Origin: Candidatus Cloacimonadales bacterium
Lineage (GTDB): Bacteria; Cloacimonadota; Cloacimonadia; Cloacimonadales; JAIOQZ01
NCBI GenBank assembly: GCA_963662655.2
Contig: CAXXTU010000002.1
Span: 544,001-608,000 of the forward strand
Direction: 5' to 3'
Length of the DNA stretch: 64,000 nt
Shown: in pieces, positions 37,287-46,743 of the stretch
Numbering within the stretch: the stretch's first letter is position 1
Layout: every line of letters begins with the position of its first letter
The notes under the pieces: generated by a model
What the model saw: the letters and a program-made list of their open reading frames with translations, nothing else
What the model was told of the DNA's origin: nothing
The model's database searches: none
Program-made: the position numbers and the translations under genes

Positions 37287-37317
37287 AAAGGCTGTGGACG
37301 TCGGTTCGCAGCCTTTT
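37287..37317 (+). terminator. Putative terminator between convergent genes
   Basis: AAAGGCTGTGGA...TTCGCAGCCTTTT stem-loop. Confidence 0.6.
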
Positions 37318-37384
37318 GAGGTTGACCAAGAGTAATGGTGTCACAATTCGACATCTTTGGTGTCACTTTGCAAGGGAAGCCGCC

Positions 37385-38737
37385 TCAGCTTCGCAGCTTC
37401 CGGAAGAACGCGAACCAAACCGCGACCCAGACGAAGATCGCCCCGAGCGATATCAGGAGGATCGGGAAGCCGCCGAGAAGAACGATGAGCGGGATCGCGG
37501 AGGACGTCCACAAGCCGCCGCCCATAAAAGGTTCATGCAATAGCTGCTTGTATGCGAAGGCCTGCGCGGCGTTGGTCTCGTTCTCGGGATCGGTGGCCCG
37601 CAGGAGAAGTAGTCCGGTCGCAGTCACGCCCATCGATTGCCCCATCTCTGCGATCGCGCGCTCGAACCAGCTATCGGCGAACCATCTCTTTGCGAGCAGA
37701 AGGACGCAGAGCACGTTCCATACGGTTCCGGCCAGAATGATGATCACGAATGGAATCAGGTTGTTCGAAATCACCTCGATGCGGATGGTCGCGATGGCCG
37801 CTACGACCAGGAAGTCGAGCGCCAGCCCGGCAAGGCGTTTGGACAGGCCGGAATCGATTACATCGAAGCGCTTGGATTTTGAGGAGACCATTTGCACGAT
37901 CAACCCGCCGATCATGCTGAGGGGGAAGAGGGGAAATCCCTGAAAAATCTTGTTGTGCTCGAGTACGGGAACAATGCTTTCGACTGCAAGAAGTCCCTGC
38001 TTGATTCCCCAGCCGATCAGCACCGCGACTCCGATCATCGAGAGGTGCAACGCCAGCGAATCGACCGAATCCGCAGAAACGGTTTCGTATCCGGCGACAG
38101 GGCGCTGTTCCTTTGGATAAATGCCGTCGCCACCGGTCATGAGCGTGCTATCGGAGTTCTCGAGCCAGTTCCTTCGCTTCGCGATGTTGATCAGCGCGAT
38201 TCCGACGATCACCGCGAGAATGATCCCCGCAGTGGCAGACGCGAGGCAGAAATCGGTTCCCGCTTTCCAGTTGAAGTTGATGAATGTTTCCTTCAGACCG
38301 CCTGCGGTTCCGTGACCACCTTCAAATCCAACGGGAATCACCACGCCGAAGAGATCGGGGAGCCCCCAGAGTGGTTTGATCAAGGCCAGCGTCAATCCGA
38401 TCCCCACAACGTATTGTCCCCATACGACGATCTGGCCGTATGCAAGCTGCGGGCCGGCGATCTTCCATGCTTTTGACAGCTTGGGGATACAAACGCCCAG
38501 AAATAATGAGGCGAAGACGATGTTGATCAGGAATCCCGGGAGCTTTCCCCAGCCGGCGGTCCAGTTCCCCACGAAAGTGCTGTCGCTACCCTGTAACGCT
38601 TGAATAATGACAAGGCCGATCACGCCACCGATTACGGAGGATGGAAGGTAGAGTTTCTGGAGAATGCCCACATGCGTGCGGATCCATTTCCCGAGGAAAA
38701 GGAGAACACAAATACCAATAAATGACGTAACGATCAT
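37385..38737 (-). CDS. Sodium/glutamate symporter family transporter (GltS-like)
   Basis: 'LYLPSSVIGG', 'GFEGGHGTAGG' and 'GQSMGVTATGLLLLR..DP'; polytopic membrane protein. Confidence 0.85.
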   Translation of the reverse strand: MIVTSFIGICVLLFLGKWIRTHVGILQKLYLPSSVIGGVIGLVIIQALQGSDSTFVGNWTAGWGKLPGFLINIVFASLFLGVCIPKLSKAWKIAGPQLAYGQIVVWGQYVVGIGLTLALIKPLWGLPDLFGVVIPVGFEGGHGTAGGLKETFINFNWKAGTDFCLASATAGIILAVIVGIALINIAKRRNWLENSDSTLMTGGDGIYPKEQRPVAGYETVSADSVDSLALHLSMIGVAVLIGWGIKQGLLAVESIVPVLEHNKIFQGFPLFPLSMIGGLIVQMVSSKSKRFDVIDSGLSKRLAGLALDFLVVAAIATIRIEVISNNLIPFVIIILAGTVWNVLCVLLLAKRWFADSWFERAIAEMGQSMGVTATGLLLLRATDPENETNAAQAFAYKQLLHEPFMGGGLWTSSAIPLIVLLGGFPILLISLGAIFVWVAVWFAFFRKLRS

Positions 38738-38820
38738 CGAACACCTCTCAATCCGGATAGGTTATATTTCAGTATCATACAGAATGCACTTTTTCATCGC
38801 GAACGTACAGGAAAACATTG

Positions 38821-39699
38821 TTAGCGAAAAGACGGAGTCCACTCCCGAGAAGGACGCAACTCCTGAACGTAGCCGTTTCCCAAGCCTGTTTCGGAAAGAA
38901 TTTCCAGTACTTTCTCGTATTCATCCTGTAGCAAGGATCGATCCAACGGTGGAAATTCATTGGCCCTGTAAACCGGGTAGTACTGCGACATCAGGCTGAT
39001 ATGCGTCTGACTCCCCAGCGCGTCGGCAATCCAACGCAAACCGTCGCCGATCCCGCCAATGTCTTCCGGAAGTACCAGGAGCCTGATCAAAAGACCTTTC
39101 CGGGCGATGTCGTCGTCATCAACAGCAAGGTGCCCCACCTGCCGATACATCTCCAAAATCGCTTTTCGTGCGTACTGGGGATAATCGGAAGCGCGCGAGA
39201 ATCTTCCCGCGGCGTCAGCCGAGGTGTAGCGTAAATCGGGCATGTAGATATCGATCAAGCCGTCCATCAATTCCAGCGTCTCGGGAAGCTCGTAGGCGTT
39301 GCTGTTCCAAACAATCGGGATTCGCAAGCCTTGTTCCCTGGCAAACAGGATCGCATCCCGAATCTGCAGTGTGAAGTGCGTTGGCGTTACGAGGTTGACG
39401 TTATGTACATGCTTGTCCTGAAGCTCCAGCATCATCTGAGCGAGCTCTTCAATCGATATCACTTTCCCACGCCCCTCTTGACTGATGGTGTGGTTCTGGC
39501 AATAGACGCAGGCGAGGTTGCAGTTGCTGAAGAAAATAGTGCCGCTCCCGCGTGATCCGCTGATACATGGCTCTTCGCCATAGTGTGGCATCGCCAGATT
39601 GACGATCGGATTCTCCCCGCTACGGCAGAACCCCTTTTCCACTTCGCGGTTCACTCCGCATTTTCTCGGACATATTTTGCATAGCATATTCGGCTTCAT
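38821..39699 (-). CDS. Radical SAM protein, PflX-like
   Basis: N-terminal CKICPRKC, 'HYGEEPCISG..GSGTIFFSNCNLACVYCQN', 'NLVTPTH' and 'MSQYYP'. Confidence 0.9.
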   Translation of the reverse strand: MKPNMLCKICPRKCGVNREVEKGFCRSGENPIVNLAMPHYGEEPCISGSRGSGTIFFSNCNLACVYCQNHTISQEGRGKVISIEELAQMMLELQDKHVHNVNLVTPTHFTLQIRDAILFAREQGLRIPIVWNSNAYELPETLELMDGLIDIYMPDLRYTSADAAGRFSRASDYPQYARKAILEMYRQVGHLAVDDDDIARKGLLIRLLVLPEDIGGIGDGLRWIADALGSQTHISLMSQYYPVYRANEFPPLDRSLLQDEYEKVLEILSETGLGNGYVQELRPSREWTPSFR

Positions 39700-39862
39700 T
39701 CATTTCCTCACGCATTTGGATGAATTGGTGCAGGATATTCAGGCCGACCTTTTGTCGTCAAGCACGATGAGAGCATTTTCAAACAATATGAAGGCCGAGC
39801 ATTTCAGTAAAAACGATTGTCATTGGCGAGAAAAGGGGATAATGAACTAACACGTCAAATTG

Positions 39863-39891
39863 AAAAACCCCGGTGGGACCCCGGGGTTTTC
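39863..39891 (-). terminator. Rho-independent terminator of the sugar cluster (symmetric, possibly bidirectional)
   Basis: AAAACCCCGG-7 nt-CCGGGGTTTT about 20 bp past the dehydratase stop. Confidence 0.8.
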
Positions 39892-39910
39892 ATATATCAT
39901 CAATAGTGAT

Positions 39911-40945
39911 TTAATGCAATTCCAGTTTTCCGGATTTGGTAATGATGCGGATATTCTTCATCCACTCGATTCGTCTCCACCACGCTTCATTGTCCTTGTA
40001 CCAGCGAATGGTTTGTTCGAGGCCTTCCTCAAACGATCTGCCGGGCTTGATACCGAGAACTTCACTCGCCTTCTGTGTTGAGGAAACGTGATTGTTTACC
40101 TGGCCGAGTCGATCACCGATATAAGTCATTAAACTGGATGGTTTACCAAGTATTTTCAGGATCATCTCGGCAATTTCGAGAACGCTGTACACTTCGCCAG
40201 AACCAAGGTTGAACACTTCGCCCTTGATCAATTCGAGAGGTGCGTTAATCACTTTCTCAATCCGGTCGCAGGTGTCTTCGACATAGAGCCAGTCGCGACG
40301 GGCATCGCCTGCGCCGTGAATGGTCAATTGCTCGTCCATCAGCGCTGACGTAATGAAGCGGGGAACCACTTTTTCAAGATGCTGGTTCGGGCCATATTGG
40401 TTGAATGGGCGCAAGATAACGGCCGGTAAATCGTAGGTCTTCATGAATGAATAGACCAAACGATCCGCGCCGCATTTGGCCGCAGCATACGGGCTGCATG
40501 GGTTCAACGGGTGTTTCTCGTCCATTGGCTCGTAATCGGAAGTTCCATAGACCTCCGAAGTTGAAATGTGAATGAATCGATCGACTGTTTCATAATACTT
40601 TATAACAGCGCTTGCAAGTGCCTGAGTACCCAGAACGTCCGTTTCGAAAAAGACCTTGTTGTCGTAGATCGATCTGGCCACATGGGTTTCAGCTGCAAAG
40701 TGAACGATAATATTCGATTGAGAAACCAGGGAATCGACAAGATTTCCATTACAGATGTTTCCATACCAGAACTGGAAGCGCTCATTGTCATTACGGATAT
40801 CATCTGGAATATTGTCCGGATTTCCAGCGTAGGTAAGGTTATCCAGAACAAGAATCCGATCGTTTGGATACTTTCGATACCAGTGTTCAACGAAATTGCT
40901 GCCGATAAAACCAGCTCCACCAGTTACTAAAACAGTACGTCTCAT
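39911..40945 (-). CDS. rfbB: NDP-glucose 4,6-dehydratase (RfbB/RmlB-like)
   Basis: 'VTGGAGFIGSNF', 'LDNLTYAGN', 'HFAAETHV', 'STSEVYG', YAAAK and 'RDWLYVED'. Confidence 0.85.
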   Translation of the reverse strand: MRRTVLVTGGAGFIGSNFVEHWYRKYPNDRILVLDNLTYAGNPDNIPDDIRNDNERFQFWYGNICNGNLVDSLVSQSNIIVHFAAETHVARSIYDNKVFFETDVLGTQALASAVIKYYETVDRFIHISTSEVYGTSDYEPMDEKHPLNPCSPYAAAKCGADRLVYSFMKTYDLPAVILRPFNQYGPNQHLEKVVPRFITSALMDEQLTIHGAGDARRDWLYVEDTCDRIEKVINAPLELIKGEVFNLGSGEVYSVLEIAEMILKILGKPSSLMTYIGDRLGQVNNHVSSTQKASEVLGIKPGRSFEEGLEQTIRWYKDNEAWWRRIEWMKNIRIITKSGKLELH

Positions 40946-42093
40946 TTGTCATCTTCCTTCTTATCTTGATTATTGAAGAAACTTCTGATTTGATCACACA
41001 CCGTGTCAACCTTTTTGTTGCTCAGGCCGATGTAGAATGGAAGACTCAGTGTGCTATCGCCGATCCTCTCAGCGTTCGGGAAACTTCCTCGCGGAAGGTT
41101 ATAGCGCTCCTTGAAGAATGTCAGGAGATGAATGGCTCTGTAGTTGACAGCAACGCCAATCTGGTGTTTTCCCATCCAGGCCAGAAGGTCGTCTCTGAAC
41201 TTAGCCGGAACCTGTATCGTGAACAGGTGCAACGCGCTCTTGCTGTTTGGCTTGATCGTTGGAATTGTAACTTGCTCGATACCGCGCAGGCCTTCAACAT
41301 AAGCATCATAAACCCGTTTCCGATCTTCCCATTGGCGGTCGATCCGTTCGAGCTGAGGCAGGAGCATGGCAGCTTGGATATTGCTCATATTCGCTTTCCA
41401 TCCGAGGCATACCATATCCCAGTGCTGGTAATTTCCATGATAGCGCCCGGCCGCGTCTTTGCTCATGCCGTGAAGCCGTAACAGCAGCAGTCTCTCGTAA
41501 AGCTCGGTGGAGTTGACGCCGATCGCGCCGCCCTCGCCGCTGGTGATGTTTTTTGTGGCATAGAAGCTGAAGGCAACCGCGTCGCCCAATTGCCCCGGCT
41601 TGATTCCGTCGCGTTGCGCTTCGACGCAATGCGCAGCATCTTCGAGGATTTTCAGACCGTGTTTGTCAGCGATCTCTCGAATCCTTCTCATATCGCACAT
41701 CTGACCGTAGAGGTGCACAGGGAGGATCGCTTTTGTCCTGGGGGTTATCGCTTCTTCGATAAGCTCGGCGTCCATGAGTCCCGTATCGTCTTCGACATCA
41801 ATGAATACCGGGGTGGCACCCGCATGGAGAATGGCGGTTGAGGAAGCGATAAAGGTCTGAGGAATTGTAATCACCTCGTCGCCTTCACCGACATCGAGTC
41901 CGAGAAGAGCCAGATGCAGGGCTGCCGTGCAGGACATTACGCCAATGGTATGTTTGATCCCCAAATATTCAGCCAGTTTTTCTTCGAATTCACTTACGTA
42001 GCTTCCCGTAGTGAGGAAGATATCGTTCATGCATTCCAATACTTTATTCTTTTCCGCTTCACCAACATTGTGGCGATAGAATTCTACTTGCAT
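40942..42093 (-). CDS. DegT/DnrJ/EryC1/StrS (ArnB-like) NDP-sugar aminotransferase
   Basis: 'SCTAALHLAL', 'PVHLYGQ', 'EDAAH' and 'FSFYATKNITSGEGG'. ATG at 42093 follows GGAGGT. Confidence 0.92.
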   Translation of the reverse strand: MQVEFYRHNVGEAEKNKVLECMNDIFLTTGSYVSEFEEKLAEYLGIKHTIGVMSCTAALHLALLGLDVGEGDEVITIPQTFIASSTAILHAGATPVFIDVEDDTGLMDAELIEEAITPRTKAILPVHLYGQMCDMRRIREIADKHGLKILEDAAHCVEAQRDGIKPGQLGDAVAFSFYATKNITSGEGGAIGVNSTELYERLLLLRLHGMSKDAAGRYHGNYQHWDMVCLGWKANMSNIQAAMLLPQLERIDRQWEDRKRVYDAYVEGLRGIEQVTIPTIKPNSKSALHLFTIQVPAKFRDDLLAWMGKHQIGVAVNYRAIHLLTFFKERYNLPRGSFPNAERIGDSTLSLPFYIGLSNKKVDTVCDQIRSFFNNQDKKEDDK

Positions 42094-42121
42094 CTGTATG
42101 ACCTCCAATTTATCTCTGAAA

Positions 42122-42589
42122 CTAGGGTTTAACCGGTAAAAGCACGCGCCTTCTCAAGGTGAGTACCTTCTCTCCTCTTTGATTGTGAGCGCGAGTCTCG
42201 ACGTAGACGATCCCACGGTCCGGCTTCGAGCGGGAAATTCTTCTCTCGAGAATTTCGGTTTCGGCATACAAGGTGTCGCCGATAAACACGGGTCCGTCAT
42301 GGGTGATCCTCTCGTATTCAAGGTTGGCGATGGCTTTTCCAGAAACAACCGGAACCGTCATTCCTACGACCACGCTGATAACCAGTGGCCCGCACACAAG
42401 GATTTGCTTGTGCTGGTGATCTTCACAGTAGTGGGTGTTCAGATGGACAGGATGATGGTTCATCGTGAGAAGCGAAAACAGGTTGTTATCGCTCTCGAAG
42501 ATGGTTTTCCCGGGATAGTGTTTGTAGATATCGCCAGGTTCGAGTTCATCGAGGTACCGGCCGAATTGTTCTTTCATTTCGTGTATCAT
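42122..42589 (-). CDS. MaoC-family (hotdog) acyl-CoA hydratase/dehydratase
   Basis: 'DNNLFSLLTMNHHPVH', 'PVFIGDTLYAETEI' and 'RGIV.V.T.A.NQRGE.V'. Confidence 0.88.
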   Translation of the reverse strand: MIHEMKEQFGRYLDELEPGDIYKHYPGKTIFESDNNLFSLLTMNHHPVHLNTHYCEDHQHKQILVCGPLVISVVVGMTVPVVSGKAIANLEYERITHDGPVFIGDTLYAETEILERRISRSKPDRGIVYVETRAHNQRGEKVLTLRRRVLLPVKP

Positions 42590-42600
42590 ATATGTATCCT

Positions 42601-43269
42601 CTATCCTTCTTTGATGTCCAATGTTTTCAGGAACCGCGCCGGATTGCCTGCGACAACGCTATAATTGTCGACATTCTTCACGACGACCGACCCCATACCG
42701 ATGATTGCGTACCGACCAACAGAAATATCTTCCCGTATGCAACTGTTCAAACCGACATGCGCGCCTTCCGAAACCTTTACGCGAGCGCCGATAATGGAAT
42801 GCGCCGCGATAGTAACGAAATCCTCAGTGGTGCAATCGTGCCCCAGAAAACCGGCAGTGTAGATATGCGAGAAGTTCCCAAGAGTTGCTCCATAAGAGCT
42901 TGCAGCATTTGCGCATACAACGCACCCATAACCGATTTTGGTCTCGGGAGCTAGAATAACCGAGGGATGAATGGCTGTCGCGTTAGCTTCGAGAGGCACG
43001 TTGTATTTCAAGAATTGCTGAACTCGCTCGAACTTCTTCTTCGCGTTGAACTGAAGCGCGTAATGTATGTAATAACCTTTATTTACATAATCGGGTGTGG
43101 CAGCTGTTACGTCCAAAACGGGGTACTTACCGAGCATTTCACCCGGGCCGGGATCGTCACACAGAAATCCTTCTAGTTTCCACTCCTGCTTTATTGCGTT
43201 AGCTGCTTCGAAAATGGTCATTGCGATCTCAGCGGATCCTTTACCTCCGACAACGACAAGTCTTTTCAT
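42601..43269 (-). CDS. NeuD/PglD-family hexapeptide sugar N/O-acyltransferase
   Basis: N-terminal Rossmann-like 'LVVVGGKG..GFLCDD', 'IHPS', 'GHD', hexapeptide repeats and 'AGNPA'. Confidence 0.85.
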   Translation of the reverse strand: MKRLVVVGGKGSAEIAMTIFEAANAIKQEWKLEGFLCDDPGPGEMLGKYPVLDVTAATPDYVNKGYYIHYALQFNAKKKFERVQQFLKYNVPLEANATAIHPSVILAPETKIGYGCVVCANAASSYGATLGNFSHIYTAGFLGHDCTTEDFVTIAAHSIIGARVKVSEGAHVGLNSCIREDISVGRYAIIGMGSVVVKNVDNYSVVAGNPARFLKTLDIKEG

Positions 43270-44204
43270 TCGTATTGCTCCTTTATTCGAACCGAATTTA
43301 CATCGGATATTTCTGCTAGAATTCTACCGATGTAATTACCGAGAATTAGAAACGCGATCATCGTTACTGCGTTGTACATCGACATAAGTACAACGAGGGC
43401 GGTCCATCCAGGAGGAACCTGTCCCAATATCAGTTTCCTAATTATAAAAGTAGTTGAGACACCAAACGATGATATCGATATGATTAATCCCATCCAACTC
43501 AATGCTTTCAAAGGAAGAAGCGAATAGTTCAATATGAGCTGGACTGCCAGGTTGATCAAGCTGCTTAGTTTATATGAGGACTTACCTAGCAGTCTCTGAT
43601 CGTGCCTTATCAAAACATTTGTGATACTGTTCGTTACAGACATCAACATGCCCGATATATACGGGAAATCGACCTTGATCTGGCTTATCGCTCGAACAAC
43701 ATCGCATTTGATCATTCTGAAACTCGTGAACTTGATCTCTTCTTTATTGTTGAAGATATGGTTGCTGAGCTTTCTGAACAGGAAACTGCCGATGTTCTGG
43801 ATTTTCCGATGTTGCTTCACCGCGTATTTCCCAATGACGACATCGAAGCCCTCTAACATTTTGTTATAAAGGATAGGGATTTCTTCCGGTGGATTTTGCA
43901 GGTCGTCATCCATCGTGATGACATATTCGCCTTGGGCTTTTCGTAGGCCGGTCATCAATGCCTTTTGTTGCCCGTAGTTCTTGCTGAGGTTGAAGATACG
44001 GACATTGTCATAAGTTTCGTGCATTTGCTTCAGAATGTCCCAGCTTTTGTCGTGACTTCCGTCATTGACAAATACAACTTCGAAACACAGCCCCATCTCA
44101 TCGATTGTTTTCTTGACTCTTTCGTATAAAAGGGGAATCATTTTCTCGCTGTTGTATATCGGAACAACAACTGAAAAAACAGGTTTGGTCATTTTTTGTT
44201 CCAT
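43266..44204 (-). CDS. GT2 polyprenol-phosphate glycosyltransferase (ArnC/GtrB-like)
   Basis: 'SVVVPIYN', 'VNDGSHD', 'NYGQQKA' and 'TMDDDLQNPPEEI', with two C-terminal TMs. Confidence 0.9.
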   Translation of the reverse strand: MEQKMTKPVFSVVVPIYNSEKMIPLLYERVKKTIDEMGLCFEVVFVNDGSHDKSWDILKQMHETYDNVRIFNLSKNYGQQKALMTGLRKAQGEYVITMDDDLQNPPEEIPILYNKMLEGFDVVIGKYAVKQHRKIQNIGSFLFRKLSNHIFNNKEEIKFTSFRMIKCDVVRAISQIKVDFPYISGMLMSVTNSITNVLIRHDQRLLGKSSYKLSSLINLAVQLILNYSLLPLKALSWMGLIISISSFGVSTTFIIRKLILGQVPPGWTALVVLMSMYNAVTMIAFLILGNYIGRILAEISDVNSVRIKEQYE

Positions 44205-44431
44205 AATAATCTCTCAATAATCTCGGCAGATCATACTATCATTATTTTCTGATTCTTTCATTCCATCCATGATGGATCATCACGTATGTGCTATCGTCAC
44301 ATTTCCATAGCTCATGCTTTTTCCAACGAAATATCCAAATATTACTTGGTGAATCACAGAATTGCTGTCAATAAATAAATGACAGAGAAAGCATATACAA
44401 ATGCTATATTGTGAAGCTTATCTGGTTAAGC

Positions 44432-45421
44432 TTAGATATCTTGCGAAACGCTCTTCGCCTGAGGTATACTTCCCTTTCTCTCGCCAATCAGATACAGAAT
44501 CATGCCCATGAATATTGGAAAGCTCGCTGTAATCATATAATACAATAACGATACGATGAGCGATATATCGCCTGATACCCCGGCAAACTTATAGAAATAG
44601 ACAAATCCACTTTCTCTGATCCCAAAACCCCCAATGGATATAGGTATTGCTGAAACAATGAATATCAGTGGGCAGAAAACGATATGGTAATAAAATGGTA
44701 CATCTACACCCAAGGCGTTATACAGACAAAAGACGAAAACGAATGAAGCCATCTGCATCAAGGTGATAAGTGACAGGGAGGTAAGAAACACTCTCTTGAT
44801 CGGGAAATAATGTAAAGAGTTCACAACTTCATTCAGATAAACAACAACCTTGTTCTTCTTTCTCATGATGCTGATATTTGTGACCAGCCTGAAGAGGATG
44901 GGAACGCGGATTAGTACAATCAGCAACGTTAGAATCGTAGTGGTGAACAGGGTTAGATAGAAAACACCGATCGGGAGACCGCTTCTAAGGGAGCATATTG
45001 CGCCGATATTACTCATTATTGAAAGGATATACAGTCCAATCAGTCGGTCGATAATGACTGCTGCGCTGCCTTTTCCGATGCTTTTTGAATGGCGTTTTTC
45101 CACCAGATACATTCTGATCGCATCTGCTCCGTTGGCTGAAGGCATGAGAACACCCAGAAAATAAGAGATGAATGTTAGCCTGAGTAGTGAGAAAAATCGA
45201 TCCTGTATTCCCTGTACCTTCAAGAAGGCTTTGAGTCGATTATTTGATACAAAAGGAACGATGATTACAGGGAAGAAAAAAGAAAAAAGCAAAAATCGGG
45301 GAGATTTCACACTACTGAAAATGTGACGAAAATCAATCTTCGTTTTGTATATCAATATTGTGAGTATTATGACTGACAAGGCAATCTTGATAAGATTTTT
45401 AAGGTTTTTTGACAGTTTCAT
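44432..45421 (-). CDS. Lysylphosphatidylglycerol-synthase TM (flippase-like, UPF0104) membrane protein
   Basis: 'MPSANGADAIR', 'IIDRLIGL' and 'IPISIGGFGIRE'; polytopic. Confidence 0.85.
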   Translation of the reverse strand: MKLSKNLKNLIKIALSVIILTILIYKTKIDFRHIFSSVKSPRFLLFSFFFPVIIVPFVSNNRLKAFLKVQGIQDRFFSLLRLTFISYFLGVLMPSANGADAIRMYLVEKRHSKSIGKGSAAVIIDRLIGLYILSIMSNIGAICSLRSGLPIGVFYLTLFTTTILTLLIVLIRVPILFRLVTNISIMRKKNKVVVYLNEVVNSLHYFPIKRVFLTSLSLITLMQMASFVFVFCLYNALGVDVPFYYHIVFCPLIFIVSAIPISIGGFGIRESGFVYFYKFAGVSGDISLIVSLLYYMITASFPIFMGMILYLIGERKGSIPQAKSVSQDI

Positions 45422-45572
45422 TGCTTTCCTGAATTACGCTAAGTATCGAGATTCGATACTATTAAAATTATCCAACAAATTCACAAGTTTATGGATACAG
45501 GTTTGACGTGAATGTACCATCTTCTAAACGACTAACAAGTGTTGTTCTAGTACAAATCAAAAGAAGATTGGG

Positions 45573-46487
45573 TCACGCCTGCCCCTTATCTTTATATTCC
45601 TCAAAAGCTCTTATCGCTTCATGGCGTGCCACGAGGTTGATCGCTCTCTTCAGTGTCGGAGGGGAAATGAAATGCTTCCCTGCAATAGCCACACCCTGTT
45701 GGGCTTGCTCGTTCTCCTGTGATATCTTGATCATCTCGTAGGCCTCGTCGACCTTTTCTTTGTTCGGCGTGTACATCTCTTTTACGATGGGAATTTGCGA
45801 AGGGGAGATGAGCAGCATTCCCTCGTAGCCGAGTTCACGGGCCGGTTTGATAAACTCGCGGAGTCCGTCGTCATTGCCAACTTGAATGTACGGCGTATCG
45901 ATCGGCATGATTCCCGCCGCACGTGCAGCCATGAGAACGTGGCTCCTGGAAGGCTGCAGGGATCTGCAATCGACAGCGTGGTATCCTTCCATGTCGCTAA
46001 GAAGATCTTCCGCTCCGTAGAGAAGACCCTTGACGCGGTTTGCTGCAACAGCGATATCGAAAGCCTGGATGATCGATTGGGGTGTCTCGGTTATAACGAT
46101 TAGTGAAAAATGGTCCTGCGGTAGTGATAATTGCTTCTCTTTTGCGGACAGGATTTTATCCAGAAGAACGATCTCGCCCGGAGAATAGGTTTTCGTAACG
46201 ACGAAACCGTCCAGATTCGGGTGGGCAACCGCATCGATATCCAGCTTTGTGAGGCCGGTTTCAAGCGAGTTGAGTCGGACGAAGATCAGCCTCTGTTTGG
46301 CGATATCTCTTTCGAGATTGGCAGCTATCGTTCTCCTGCCTTCTTCCTTCAATGCAGGAGGAACTCCGTCTTCAAGATCAAGGATAATCGCATCGGCGTC
46401 GCAATTCAGCGCTTTATCGACAAGTTTTTGCTTGTGACCCGCAGTAATCAATGGCGTACGTAATACTAATCGTTTATTATATTTCAT
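45573..46487 (-). CDS. CitE/malyl-CoA lyase-like CoA ester lyase (HpcH/HpaI fold)
   Basis: 'DAIILDLEDGV', 'FVRLN', 'ITETP', 'GAEDL', 'PIDTPY' and 'LGYEG....P.QI'. Start may be the ATG at 46487 or the TTG at 46496. Confidence 0.88.
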   Translation of the reverse strand: MKYNKRLVLRTPLITAGHKQKLVDKALNCDADAIILDLEDGVPPALKEEGRRTIAANLERDIAKQRLIFVRLNSLETGLTKLDIDAVAHPNLDGFVVTKTYSPGEIVLLDKILSAKEKQLSLPQDHFSLIVITETPQSIIQAFDIAVAANRVKGLLYGAEDLLSDMEGYHAVDCRSLQPSRSHVLMAARAAGIMPIDTPYIQVGNDDGLREFIKPARELGYEGMLLISPSQIPIVKEMYTPNKEKVDEAYEMIKISQENEQAQQGVAIAGKHFISPPTLKRAINLVARHEAIRAFEEYKDKGQA

Positions 46488-46685
46488 GTTACACAACTAC
46501 TCCATTTTTTTACTCACAATCTGGTCACCTGTAATATGCGTCAAGCTTTTTTTGGAAGCGGAAAGCCGGCCACGGCAGCTCCCGGAAGAGATGTCCCGTC
46601 CTGAAATAAGTTGACCGGAGGATAGGAGGAGGCCAGGTATGGAAGACAAAGGAAAAAGCAGAACGATAGAAAAAAAAGAAAAATA

Positions 46686-46714
46686 TTGACGGCGTTAGGC
46701 TGGCCTAATAAAAT
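46686..46714 (+). promoter_or_regulatory. Sigma-70 promoter (TTGACG-N17-TAAAAT) with a DtxR-family palindrome TTAGGCTGGCCTAA (46695-46708) in the spacer
   Basis: Exact 17-bp spacing. The palindrome recurs at 47803, and the site is upstream of a DtxR-family gene. Confidence 0.75.
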
Positions 46715-46743
46715 GTGATCCGACTAAAATGAAGAGGTGAAAC

